In this document: positions 9,232-17,612 of the stretch, piece after piece | Numbering within the stretch: position 1 is the stretch's first letter | Layout: each line of letters starts with the position of its first letter | Assembly (NCBI GenBank): GCA_963735805.1 | Contig: CAVTMK010000002.1 | Location: 704,001-768,000, forward strand | DNA length: 64,000 bases | Source of the DNA: an uncultured Verrucomicrobiae bacterium | Lineage (GTDB): Bacteria; Verrucomicrobiota; Verrucomicrobiia; Chthoniobacterales; UBA10450 | Reading direction: 5' to 3' | Translations under genes and position numbers: made by a program | The notes under the pieces: model-generated | What the model was told of the DNA's origin: nothing | The model's database searches: none | What the model saw: only the letters and a program-made list of their open reading frames with translations

Positions 9232-10125
9232 TTACGGTGCGCTAACAGACGGGAAACGCGCGTTGTTGATCAGGCGTTTCACATTTCTTCCGTCAACGGA
9301 CATTCGATAAATTGAGTCCTCCTGTTCGCCAGGTTCCCGACTGAGGAAGAGAACATTGTCATTGTCGATCCAAACGCCATCCCAGCCGAAAAGTTTTGCT
9401 GGCGTTAGCCTGGTTGCTTTTTGCGATTGGAGATCAAAGGCCCAAAGGGCCGGTACCGGCCCGTCCCAGTCTTTACGGTTGGATTCCCCACTCATATCAC
9501 TGGCTAAAAGCAATCGCTTGCCGTCCGGCGAAACGTCAATCCGACCGTCGCCGCTCATATCACCCTTTGGTACGATCATTGTGATCCTCCATTTGGCGCG
9601 AACCTTTCCGTCGAGCCCGATCTGGTAGATATTCGTCATGTCCTGGCAAAAAGCAGATTGTCCATCGCGCGCCCACACCGGCGAATAGCAGGTCACTTCA
9701 TTTTGAACACCGGGCTTCAGCACGTGGAAATTTGTGCCGCCCGAATTAATGGCTGCGAGATCCCAGACTTCGTGCTGGCGCGTGGTAAAGAGGATCTGTT
9801 TCCCGTCAGCCGTCCAGCTTGGATAATAAGAATTCTCGCTTGGGACATCTTTAAAGACGGTCACCTTACCAGTCGCAACGTCTGCTACCGCCATATGACG
9901 CACGTAGGTCGTTTCGCTCGTCCTTTCGACAGTGTTAAACGCGACACGAGTTCCGTCCGGCGAGATCGCTGGAAAAATTCCATCGGCGAGCTTTTTCTCA
10001 TTCGTTCCATCCAGATTCGCGACGTAAACGGCATTGTTGCGTTCGAAGGCGATGTGCCGGTCAGCGGAAAATGAAATGGCAGGAAGGCTGGCTAAAGCGA
10101 AAGCGAAGCAGATCAATTTGTTCAT
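9232..10125 (-). CDS. Secreted TolB-like/PD40 beta-propeller protein
   Basis: Signal peptide plus repeats PAISPDG, PSWTADG, PVWARDG and DVSPDG. Confidence 0.8.
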   Translation of the reverse strand: MNKLICFAFALASLPAISFSADRHIAFERNNAVYVANLDGTNEKKLADGIFPAISPDGTRVAFNTVERTSETTYVRHMAVADVATGKVTVFKDVPSENSYYPSWTADGKQILFTTRQHEVWDLAAINSGGTNFHVLKPGVQNEVTCYSPVWARDGQSAFCQDMTNIYQIGLDGKVRAKWRITMIVPKGDMSGDGRIDVSPDGKRLLLASDMSGESNRKDWDGPVPALWAFDLQSQKATRLTPAKLFGWDGVWIDNDNVLFLSREPGEQEDSIYRMSVDGRNVKRLINNARFPSVSAP

Positions 10126-11423
10126 GGTAATGCGATGGTAACAAAAAACGTCACAGCAAGCGCGAACACCAGGACGATTAGATACATAACCCCCCCCGAA
10201 AGGAATTTGAAAATGCTAGTGAACCAGCCCTGGCGATAAACGCGCCGGATTGACAAGAAAATTTGGACTACGAACGCGATCCAAAAAAGCGCGATAATCC
10301 AACCCGCGATTGCACCTGGAACGATGCGGTTCAGCCCGATCGTCGCGAGGACGATTAGGATGATCCCGGTATAAGCGAATGTGTGGATATGAAGGGCGTA
10401 AACGAGGTGGTCGATATAAAACCTGTGGCGGCGCAGGTAGAGGATTTTCAAAACAAAAGCAAAGAGCGGGATACAGCAGAGCATCATGTAAGGCAGATTG
10501 CTAAAGAGGGTCGTGATAAACAGCCCCATCTTTGTTCCATGCTCGCCCATCTTTTCCTTTGCTCGCGCTTCGATCCATTTTTCGAACGGCGTTGATGCAT
10601 TCTTATTTGAACCAGACTCGAGAACTGGCCCATTGTTCTCCCTCGGTCCTGGCGTCGTTTGCCCCGGCTGCTGAGGTTCCCGACCCGGCGTTGGAGAAGC
10701 ACCCTTCAATGCATCTTGAATTCTGCCGCGTACCTCCGGCGGCAAATCTTTCATTGCATCTTCGATTTTGGTACGCGCGTTCGGCACAGGATCGCCGTGC
10801 TGCAAACGTTCTTGGATTTCGCGGCGGGCATCGACCGGCAGATCTGCGCGCTTCAATTCTTTTTCAAGCCGTGCGCGCTTGTTAGGCGCAACTTGGACGC
10901 CGCCGAGTGCCCCTTCGATTTTTGCCCGGACTTCAGGGGTGAGGTTCTCTCGCTGCAATTCATCCCGAATCTCGGCGCGATTTTCTGGAGACAAGTTGAT
11001 CGGATCGAAGTGGGCCGATTTGATCCCATAGTTGACCGCAAAGAAAAAGAGAATGCTTGCGAGAAGATAAAGGCGAAGAGGATGCACGTAACGCACGCGA
11101 TGCCCTGCGAGAAATTGGTTCGTTAGTTTCCACGGGCGAGCGATCAGAAGGCCGATGGTCGCGAAGACCTTGGAGTCCCAGTTCAGAAATTCGTTGAGAA
11201 GATCGGCGATGACATGCCGGAACGAGCGCCGGTAATCGATTGCTGGTTGCCCACATTTCGCGCACCAATGTCCCTCCAATTGCGCTCCGCAATTCTCACA
11301 ATGGGTAAGAGGTGCGCGCTGAGCCTTGCGTTTGCCGAAAAATCGCCTCCGGCGCGGTTGCGCTTGTTCGATTGCAGAGATCGCCGTGTCGCCCAGAACA
11401 AGTTTTTCCAGTTCATCGGCCAT
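10122..11423 (-). CDS. DUF3667-family membrane protein
   Basis: N-terminal CENCG...WCAKCGQ zinc ribbon, RYVHPLRLYL, and C-terminal TM helices with HLVYALHIH. Confidence 0.8.
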   Translation of the reverse strand: MADELEKLVLGDTAISAIEQAQPRRRRFFGKRKAQRAPLTHCENCGAQLEGHWCAKCGQPAIDYRRSFRHVIADLLNEFLNWDSKVFATIGLLIARPWKLTNQFLAGHRVRYVHPLRLYLLASILFFFAVNYGIKSAHFDPINLSPENRAEIRDELQRENLTPEVRAKIEGALGGVQVAPNKRARLEKELKRADLPVDARREIQERLQHGDPVPNARTKIEDAMKDLPPEVRGRIQDALKGASPTPGREPQQPGQTTPGPRENNGPVLESGSNKNASTPFEKWIEARAKEKMGEHGTKMGLFITTLFSNLPYMMLCCIPLFAFVLKILYLRRHRFYIDHLVYALHIHTFAYTGIILIVLATIGLNRIVPGAIAGWIIALFWIAFVVQIFLSIRRVYRQGWFTSIFKFLSGGVMYLIVLVFALAVTFFVTIALP

Positions 11424-11591
11424 ACGAGCCTGAGATTACAAAATTCCTTCAGCGCCGTCTATGGGCTGATTCAAGGCAAGGCGCTCTCCGAACGAGCCAA
11501 AGCAAGAGGGGTACCTTCGTCGCCAAAGTTTGGCATGAGGCGGTGCACCCCGCCGAAGTCGAATCTTTAGATTGACCTGCCAAGGTCATTG

Positions 11592-13217
11592 ATGACACGA
11601 TTTCGCCAAGTGGCGCTGCACCTTTTCAAGACCAAAAGCCCGGACCATTTGATGGCTGAAGCGGCGGCGCCCGAACGTCAGCTAAAGCGCACGCTCGGCG
11701 CGTTCGACCTGACCTGCGTTGGCATAGGCGCCGTCATTGGGGCCGGAATTTTCGCGCTGGCGGGGACGGCCGCGGCCGGTGAACAAATCGAGGCGTCCCT
11801 GTGGAAAACGCCCGTGCTTAACTTCATCATATCGCATCTTACTCACGCCGAGATGATATATGGACGGCCTGGCGCAGGTCCTGCGGTAATGGTTTCTTTC
11901 GTGGTGGCCGCGATCGCGTGCGGTTTTGCTGCACTTTGTTACGCCGAGCTCGCCTCGATGATCCCAGTATCAGGCTCGGCCTACACGTATTCGTACGCGA
12001 CGCTTGGCGAGATCATCGCGTGGGTCATCGGTTGGGACCTCATTCTCGAGTACGCGGTCGGGAACATGGCCGTGGCAGTCGGGTGGTCGGGTTATTTCGT
12101 GCAATTGTGTGGAAGCCTGTTCCACCTGAGATTTCCGCTTTGGTTGGTGAATGATTACCGAACTGCCAGCAGCTTGTTGTCCACAGGGGGCGAGCCGCTC
12201 AATAACTATTCGTCCACCACTTTGCCGGTTATTGCAGGCCACCCTATTGCCTTAAACTTGCCCGCGGTTCTGATTGTTGCAGCGGTGACCATCCTTTTGA
12301 TCTATGGGATTCGGGAAAGCGCGCGCACCAATACCGCCATTGTCGTTACCAAGGTGGCGGTGGTTGTCTTCGTGATTGCGTTTGGTGCCTTCATGGTGCG
12401 CCCCACTAATTGGCACCCGTTTCTACCCAACGGCGTAGGCGGCATGATGAGCGGGGCCGCCATCGTGTTTTTCGCGTTTATCGGATTCGACGCCGTCTCG
12501 ACTACGGCGGAAGAAACGAAAAATCCTCAGCGCGACATGCCGATCGGAATCATTGCCAGCCTGATTATTTGCACATTGCTGTACGTGCTAATGGCGGCCG
12601 TCATCACCGGTATGAGAATATATACGACGTATCTTGGTGATTCTGCGGCCGTCGCAACTGCATTCGCTGGCCGGCCTTGGGCCCAGGCACTCATTAGCGC
12701 CGGAGCCCTCGCTGGTCTTACGTCGGTGATCTTGGTTTTTCAACTCGGGCAGCCGCGCATTTTCATGGCTATGGCGCGCGACGGTTTGCTGCCACAATAT
12801 TTCGCCCGGGTTCACCACCGTTTCCGCACACCATACATCACGACGATCTGGACCGGCGTTGCCGTCGGCGGTGTTGCAATGCTGACTGACATCGGTTCGC
12901 TGGCAGACCTAACGAACATTGGAACGTTGTTTGCCTTTATTCTTGTTTGTCTTGGTGTGATTATTTTGCGTCGCAAAGACGCCGGCCGTCACCGGCCATT
13001 TCGCGTTCCGATGGTTCCATTATTTCCGATTCTCGGTGTCTTTTTTTGCTTTGTGTTGATGCTAAGTCTGCCGCTAGAGACATGGGGACGATTTTTTGTA
13101 TGGCTCGCCATCGGGCTATGCATTTATTTCCTTTACGGCCTCCGCCACAGCAAACTCCGCCGCGGTCTCGACGTCGGGCCAACCGAAGACATCCCTCCGC
13201 CTTTGATCAAGACGTAG
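11592..13217 (+). CDS. APC-family amino acid permease
   Basis: Motifs GIGAVIGAGIF, ALCYAELASMIPVSGSAYTY, FFAFIGFDAVST.AEE.KNPQRD and MARDGLLP. Confidence 0.95.
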   Translation: MTRFRQVALHLFKTKSPDHLMAEAAAPERQLKRTLGAFDLTCVGIGAVIGAGIFALAGTAAAGEQIEASLWKTPVLNFIISHLTHAEMIYGRPGAGPAVMVSFVVAAIACGFAALCYAELASMIPVSGSAYTYSYATLGEIIAWVIGWDLILEYAVGNMAVAVGWSGYFVQLCGSLFHLRFPLWLVNDYRTASSLLSTGGEPLNNYSSTTLPVIAGHPIALNLPAVLIVAAVTILLIYGIRESARTNTAIVVTKVAVVVFVIAFGAFMVRPTNWHPFLPNGVGGMMSGAAIVFFAFIGFDAVSTTAEETKNPQRDMPIGIIASLIICTLLYVLMAAVITGMRIYTTYLGDSAAVATAFAGRPWAQALISAGALAGLTSVILVFQLGQPRIFMAMARDGLLPQYFARVHHRFRTPYITTIWTGVAVGGVAMLTDIGSLADLTNIGTLFAFILVCLGVIILRRKDAGRHRPFRVPMVPLFPILGVFFCFVLMLSLPLETWGRFFVWLAIGLCIYFLYGLRHSKLRRGLDVGPTEDIPPPLIKT

Positions 13218-13223
13218 ATCACA

Positions 13224-13337
13224 GGTGGAACGCGTTATCCTCAACGCGTTGGGACACAAATGCGGCTCCGCTGCCTGATTTTAAATTGGCGCCTTCGTGA
13301 ATTAATTCACATCGTCTTCAGGAGGAGCCAATCCACC
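13224..13337. repeat. GGTGGA...TCCACC repeat, copy 1
   Basis: First 29 nt match 16046-16074 at 28/29 positions; the 3' end CATCGTCTTC...CCACC is also shared. Confidence 0.8.
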
Positions 13338-13350
13338 TTGCAGCGCCACT

Positions 13351-13806
13351 TTACGCGGCTTGTTGCTGATAAGAAACTCTATCGTCGACTTCCAGCCACT
13401 CGAACGTTGTGGTTTTCGCGGGATCGAGTCCGAGTTTCTTGACCTCTTCGCTGAAGAAATCGCGCTTTTCCGGATGGTGATAGAGACTGCTCGCCTCCAC
13501 CTCATCAGCCCAACGCTTGATTTCCTCAGCCGTCTTCTTTTCACCGTTCTGATTTAGCCATTCGACTATTTCCTGGTCGCTCGCGCCCTGTTCGATTTGA
13601 GCTTTGAAATCTTCGCCTTTCACGCCTTTGAAACCGAAGAGCATGTTATCGAGCGGACAATCGAAGTGATAGTCGCCAATATTTCCCGCTACCAGAGCGC
13701 GGCCTTTATCGATCGTGCGGCCAAGGATTGCATACCCTCCAACGCGGATGCGCGGACTGCGTGGAGCTTCTTTCTTTAGATTTTTTCCAGTCACTTTCTT
13801 TTTCAT
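13351..13806 (-). CDS. DUF5069-family protein
   Basis: Motifs PRSPR..VGGY..LGRTIDK.RA, YHFDCPLD and a C-terminal TTFEWLEVDD. Start placed at MKKKV. Confidence 0.8.
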   Translation of the reverse strand: MKKKVTGKNLKKEAPRSPRIRVGGYAILGRTIDKGRALVAGNIGDYHFDCPLDNMLFGFKGVKGEDFKAQIEQGASDQEIVEWLNQNGEKKTAEEIKRWADEVEASSLYHHPEKRDFFSEEVKKLGLDPAKTTTFEWLEVDDRVSYQQQAA

Positions 13807-13883
13807 ATCGTAAGGTGTTTCGGATAGAGCAGGGGATCCGGTTGCCAATTTGGCAGACGAACTGCGCGCCTTACAGTTGTACG

Positions 13884-14942
13884 GTGAAGGTAGTTCACCT
13901 GCTGCCGGTGATTTGTGCCATGACATTGCACGCGCAAGGCGTTCGTGTTGTGGCCCCGCCGGGTGGAAAACTCTATCACGGCTTGTATTGGGGCGGTGTG
14001 GGAACCGATGAGCACGACCCGACTGAGCACGACGTTACGCCGAATGATGTGGCGCAATATGAGCAGGGCGTTGGCAAGCAAACGGCGTGGATCTATTTTG
14101 CGAACAACTGGTTCGAGTCGCGGAGATTTCCGGCTGCGATGTGCGGCTGGATCCGTGACCTCCAAAAAGTTCCATTCGTCCGGCTAATGCTTCGTTCGGA
14201 TGTAGATCAAATGCATCGTGAGAAGACGTTCACGATTCAGAAAATCATTGCCGGCGTATTCGATAACGATCTACGCGCATGGGCGCGCGACGCGAAAACG
14301 TTTGGCTCGCCGATTTTGATCGAATGGGGAACTGAGCCGAACGGCGACTGGTTTAGCTGGAACGGCAAATGGAACGGTGGCGCCGGAGAAGGTCCAGCTC
14401 GTTACGTCGCGGCCTACAGACATATTGTCGATCTGATGCGTGCCGAGGGGGCCGATAATTTGCAATGGGTTTGGCATGTCAACTGGTTCGATGAACCGGA
14501 GAAAGACTGGAATCGTTTCGAGAATTATTTTCCAGGGGACAACTATTGCGACTGGGTCGCTCTAAGCGCCTACGGACCCCTGACCCCGATGACGCGCGAC
14601 GGTACCGAAGGGTTCGCGTTCGAAGTGCGCAATGCCTATCGGCGTCTGGTGAAAATTGCACTTGGCAAGCCGATCATCATTGCCGAGTTCGGTTGCGATC
14701 TGCACAATCCGCGTGTCAATGCCGCGCAATGGGCGAAAGCGGCGCTCGAAGATCTGTTCTCAAATCAATGGCCCGGCGTGATTGGTTTTTGTTGGTGGAA
14801 TGAAGGCTGGCAAAATGACGATCACAAACGACACGACACCGACATGATCATCCTTCACGATGTTGATCTCACACGAGTGTTCCGCGATGAGCTTGCAAAA
14901 CACGGAGACAAAATTCAGGAAAAGCCCGTTATTACTCAGTAA
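13884..14942 (+). CDS. Secreted glycoside hydrolase, GH26-like
   Basis: Motifs IIAGVFD..LRAWA, WGTEPNGDWFSW, WVWHVN, YFPGD.YCDWV..SAY and KPIIIAEFG. Probable GTG start with signal peptide. Confidence 0.8.
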   Translation: MKVVHLLPVICAMTLHAQGVRVVAPPGGKLYHGLYWGGVGTDEHDPTEHDVTPNDVAQYEQGVGKQTAWIYFANNWFESRRFPAAMCGWIRDLQKVPFVRLMLRSDVDQMHREKTFTIQKIIAGVFDNDLRAWARDAKTFGSPILIEWGTEPNGDWFSWNGKWNGGAGEGPARYVAAYRHIVDLMRAEGADNLQWVWHVNWFDEPEKDWNRFENYFPGDNYCDWVALSAYGPLTPMTRDGTEGFAFEVRNAYRRLVKIALGKPIIIAEFGCDLHNPRVNAAQWAKAALEDLFSNQWPGVIGFCWWNEGWQNDDHKRHDTDMIILHDVDLTRVFRDELAKHGDKIQEKPVITQ

Positions 14943-14950
14943 GGCTTTGC

Positions 14951-15025
14951 TGTCATTCCCAGCGAAGCCGGCCAATCGCTGGATATTTAACAATTAGAGA
15001 TGTCTCGACTTCGCTCGACATGACA
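14951..15025. repeat. TGTCAT...ATGACA palindromic repeat (full doublet)
   Basis: Inverted ends. The reverse complement of the right arm, TGTCATGTCGAGCGAAGTCGAGACATCTCT, matches the copies at 19531 and 31690. Confidence 0.8.
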
Positions 15026-15053
15026 AAAGAAAAGACGCGGCCCATAGTTCTAG

Positions 15054-15464
15054 ATGGTCAAAGTTGACGTTACTTACACCGGTGATTTGCATTGCGACGC
15101 CGAGCATGGTCCGTCGCAATCAAAGATTTCTACCGACGCACCGACCGATAACAAAGGCAAAGGTGACGCGTTTTCGCCGACTGATCTCGTCGCTACAGCG
15201 CTGGCTACATGCATGAGCACCACGATGGGAATCAAAGCGGAGGAACTTGGTGTCGACCTGCGCGGTATGACCGTGTCAGTGCAAAAGGAGATGTCCAGTG
15301 ACGCGCCTCGCAGGATCGTTGGGCTCCCGTCGGAAGTTCACATTCCGCTTCCGCCCGATTCGCCGCACCGCGAGGTGTTGGAGCAAACTGCGCTCAATTG
15401 TCCGGTGCACAAAAGTTTGCCCAAGGAAATCGATCGGCCTACGAAATTTTTCTGGGAAGGCTAA
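15054..15464 (+). CDS. OsmC/Ohr-family protein
   Basis: Motifs TDAP.DN.GKG..FSPTDL.A.ALATC and CPVHKSL. Confidence 0.9.
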   Translation: MVKVDVTYTGDLHCDAEHGPSQSKISTDAPTDNKGKGDAFSPTDLVATALATCMSTTMGIKAEELGVDLRGMTVSVQKEMSSDAPRRIVGLPSEVHIPLPPDSPHREVLEQTALNCPVHKSLPKEIDRPTKFFWEG

Positions 15465-15541
15465 TGCCCGCCTTTCCAAATCGCATGACTCAGGTTCTTG
15501 GCGTGATCAACGAGTCCGGAGCGTGATCGATTGCTTTACGC

Positions 15542-16030
15542 ATGACAACGCTGGAAATCCGAAAAGCAGTCGAATCCGATATTCCACGCTTGCTGCCTTT
15601 GATGCGCGAACTCGCCGAGTTTGAGAAATACTCGAAAGACTTCGCGATCACGGAGGAGGTGTTACGCGAACAGGGATTTCGGCGTTCGCCCCCTGATTTT
15701 CATTGTCTTATCGCGGAAGAAGGCTCCAACCTGGTCGGTTTTCTTGTTTATTATTTTGTTCCCTTCACGTATCGAGCCAAGCCGAATCTGATCATCAAGG
15801 AGCTTTATATCGCTGATCGGCATCGGAGCAAAGGGATAGGCAGACAGCTGATGAAAGCTGTTGCCAGAGAGGCTCAGGAGACGGGTTGCGGAATGATCAA
15901 ATGGTGGGTCGCGAAATGGAATGAGCGCGGTATCGAGTTTTACCAGCGCCTCGGCGCGACAATCGACAGCGAGTGGCGCGAATTTCAGTTGTCGGAGAAA
16001 GCGTTTTGCGATTTGGCTGCCCCCGAATAG
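15542..16030 (+). CDS. GNAT acetyltransferase (SSAT-like)
   Basis: Motifs RELAEFEK, LYI...HRSKGIG..LM and WNERGIEFY.RLGA. Confidence 0.9.
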   Translation: MTTLEIRKAVESDIPRLLPLMRELAEFEKYSKDFAITEEVLREQGFRRSPPDFHCLIAEEGSNLVGFLVYYFVPFTYRAKPNLIIKELYIADRHRSKGIGRQLMKAVAREAQETGCGMIKWWVAKWNERGIEFYQRLGATIDSEWREFQLSEKAFCDLAAPE

Positions 16031-16045
16031 CGCACATTCCCATAC

Positions 16046-16181
16046 GGTGGAACGCGTTGTCCTCAACGCGTTGGCAAATCGACGCGGTTTGGCACCAAGT
16101 TTCACGACTAGGGTAAGAGCGGTGCGTTAGTTTGGCCTCCGGCGAAATGCTTGCCATCGTCTTCGGAGAAGCCGACCCACC
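16046..16181. repeat. GGTGGA...CCCACC repeat, copy 2
   Basis: GGTGGAACGCGTTGTCCTCAACGCGTTGG...CATCGTCTTCGGAGAAGCCGACCCACC; paralogous to 13224-13337. Confidence 0.8.
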
Positions 16182-16201
16182 ATTGCCCCAAGCGCGAACC
16201 G

Positions 16202-17149
16202 TTAACCGTACAGCCAGCGCATGTAATCGCGCACGCCGTCTTCGAGCGGGAATTGTGGCTCGTATCCCAACCCGCGGCGAGCGTTAGTGAGGTCGGCTTG
16301 CGTGAAGTTTTGATAATGCGCATGCGGATTATCGATGTAATCCGGCGGAAAGTTTGTGCCCAGACATTTATTTAGAACATCAATCAGCTCGTTGAACGAG
16401 CGCGCCCAGCCCGAGCCGAGATTGTAAATTCCGCTGGCCTGCGCATCGAGTGCGCGAATGCTGCCCTCGACAACGTCCTTCACGTAGACAAAATCGCGTT
16501 TCTGCTCGCCGTGCTTGAAAATACGCGGGCGCTGCCCGGCTTTCATCTGCCGTGACAAATGATACACCATGCTGGCGGGCACGCCCTTGTGTGCTTCGCG
16601 CGGCCCATAAACGTTGAAGTAACGCAAACCAACGAGGATCCAATCGGGCGATTCGGCGGCCGCACGCCTGGCGATATTGTCCATGATCACTTTCGAAAAG
16701 GCGTAAACATTTGCAGGCGCTGCGCCATTTGATTCAATACTGGCTTCAGTCGCCGCGCCGTAAGTCGCTGCAGAAGAAGCATAAATGATTCGCGTTTTGG
16801 TCGGCCGGGCAAAATTTAGGATTCGCCGGAAACTCTCCACGTTGTCGTGTACTTGCTCGAACTGATCGTGGTTCGTTGTATCCGTGATCGATGCGAGATG
16901 AAAGATCGTGTCGAATCCGGCATCTGCCGGATCGCCAAACTGCTCGCGCCAATCGAGAGTCGCCAGATTTTGCGCGACGAAATCGCCACGATAACCGGCG
17001 AGATTTTTGAAGTCGCCAGAGCGAAAATCGTCAATCACTGTTAGACGTGCGTCCGGAAAATTTTCCTGCAACTCCAGGGCGAGATTCGAGCCGACGAAAC
17101 CGGCGCCGCCGGTAACAACAAGATTTGAAGAAGAGCCAGTCGGTGACAC
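16202..17149 (-). CDS. hldD: ADP-L-glycero-D-manno-heptose 6-epimerase
   Basis: Motifs VTGGAGFVGSNL, YASSAATYG, NVYAFSK, LRYFNVYGPRE.HKG..ASM, RDFVYVKD and YQNFTQAD. Confidence 0.9.
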   Translation of the reverse strand: MSPTGSSSNLVVTGGAGFVGSNLALELQENFPDARLTVIDDFRSGDFKNLAGYRGDFVAQNLATLDWREQFGDPADAGFDTIFHLASITDTTNHDQFEQVHDNVESFRRILNFARPTKTRIIYASSAATYGAATEASIESNGAAPANVYAFSKVIMDNIARRAAAESPDWILVGLRYFNVYGPREAHKGVPASMVYHLSRQMKAGQRPRIFKHGEQKRDFVYVKDVVEGSIRALDAQASGIYNLGSGWARSFNELIDVLNKCLGTNFPPDYIDNPHAHYQNFTQADLTNARRGLGYEPQFPLEDGVRDYMRWLYG

Positions 17150-17242
17150 AAAAACGGTTGTTTGCTGGGTTGATTAAATAAGTCTTGCAGCGGCAAGCGC
17201 AAGCCGCTAGTTCTCGATTCAGTTCTTTGCGAGCTTGAAAAA

Positions 17243-17415
17243 GTGGGTCGGCGCAAGAAATCCCGTGAGAATCGGGAGCAGTTGCGCTGCTGTAACTGGA
17301 TACGACTTCCCAATTGGGCCAATCCTCGAGAATTTTTCGAGGGTGAAGGCGGGAAGAAGGTGATTCCGGCGGCTGCCGGAACAAAGCCAGGAGCCAGAAT
17401 ATTTGTCCGGTCCAC
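17243..17415 (+). promoter_or_regulatory. Cobalamin riboswitch
   Basis: P1 GTGGGTCGG/CCGGTCCAC, T-loop hairpin TCCCGTGAGAATCGGGA, CTGTAA, GCCA..GAAGGC, and B12-box-like GAGCCAGAATATTTGTCC. It lies upstream of a btuB-like gene. Confidence 0.85.
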
Positions 17416-17425
17416 CTCATTCGGC

Positions 17426-17485
17426 TGTAGTCGCCCCGCTATATCGGGGCGTTTCACAACGCGGCGACACCGCGCGGTGGCTACA
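17426..17485. repeat. GTAG-type REP doublet in the btuB leader
   Basis: TGTAG...CTACA ends with hairpin CGCCCCG/CGGGGCG. Confidence 0.75.
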
Positions 17486-17612
17486 ACCGAAAAAACTTCT
17501 TCGCAAAAAGAAGAATGAGAGCTGGACGATGCCCTGCCGCAGCGGCGCTGAGTGACCGTCGAAGCGATCGGGGTCTAACAAGTCCAACTCTCGGAGTTGG
17601 AGGAAACTTGTT

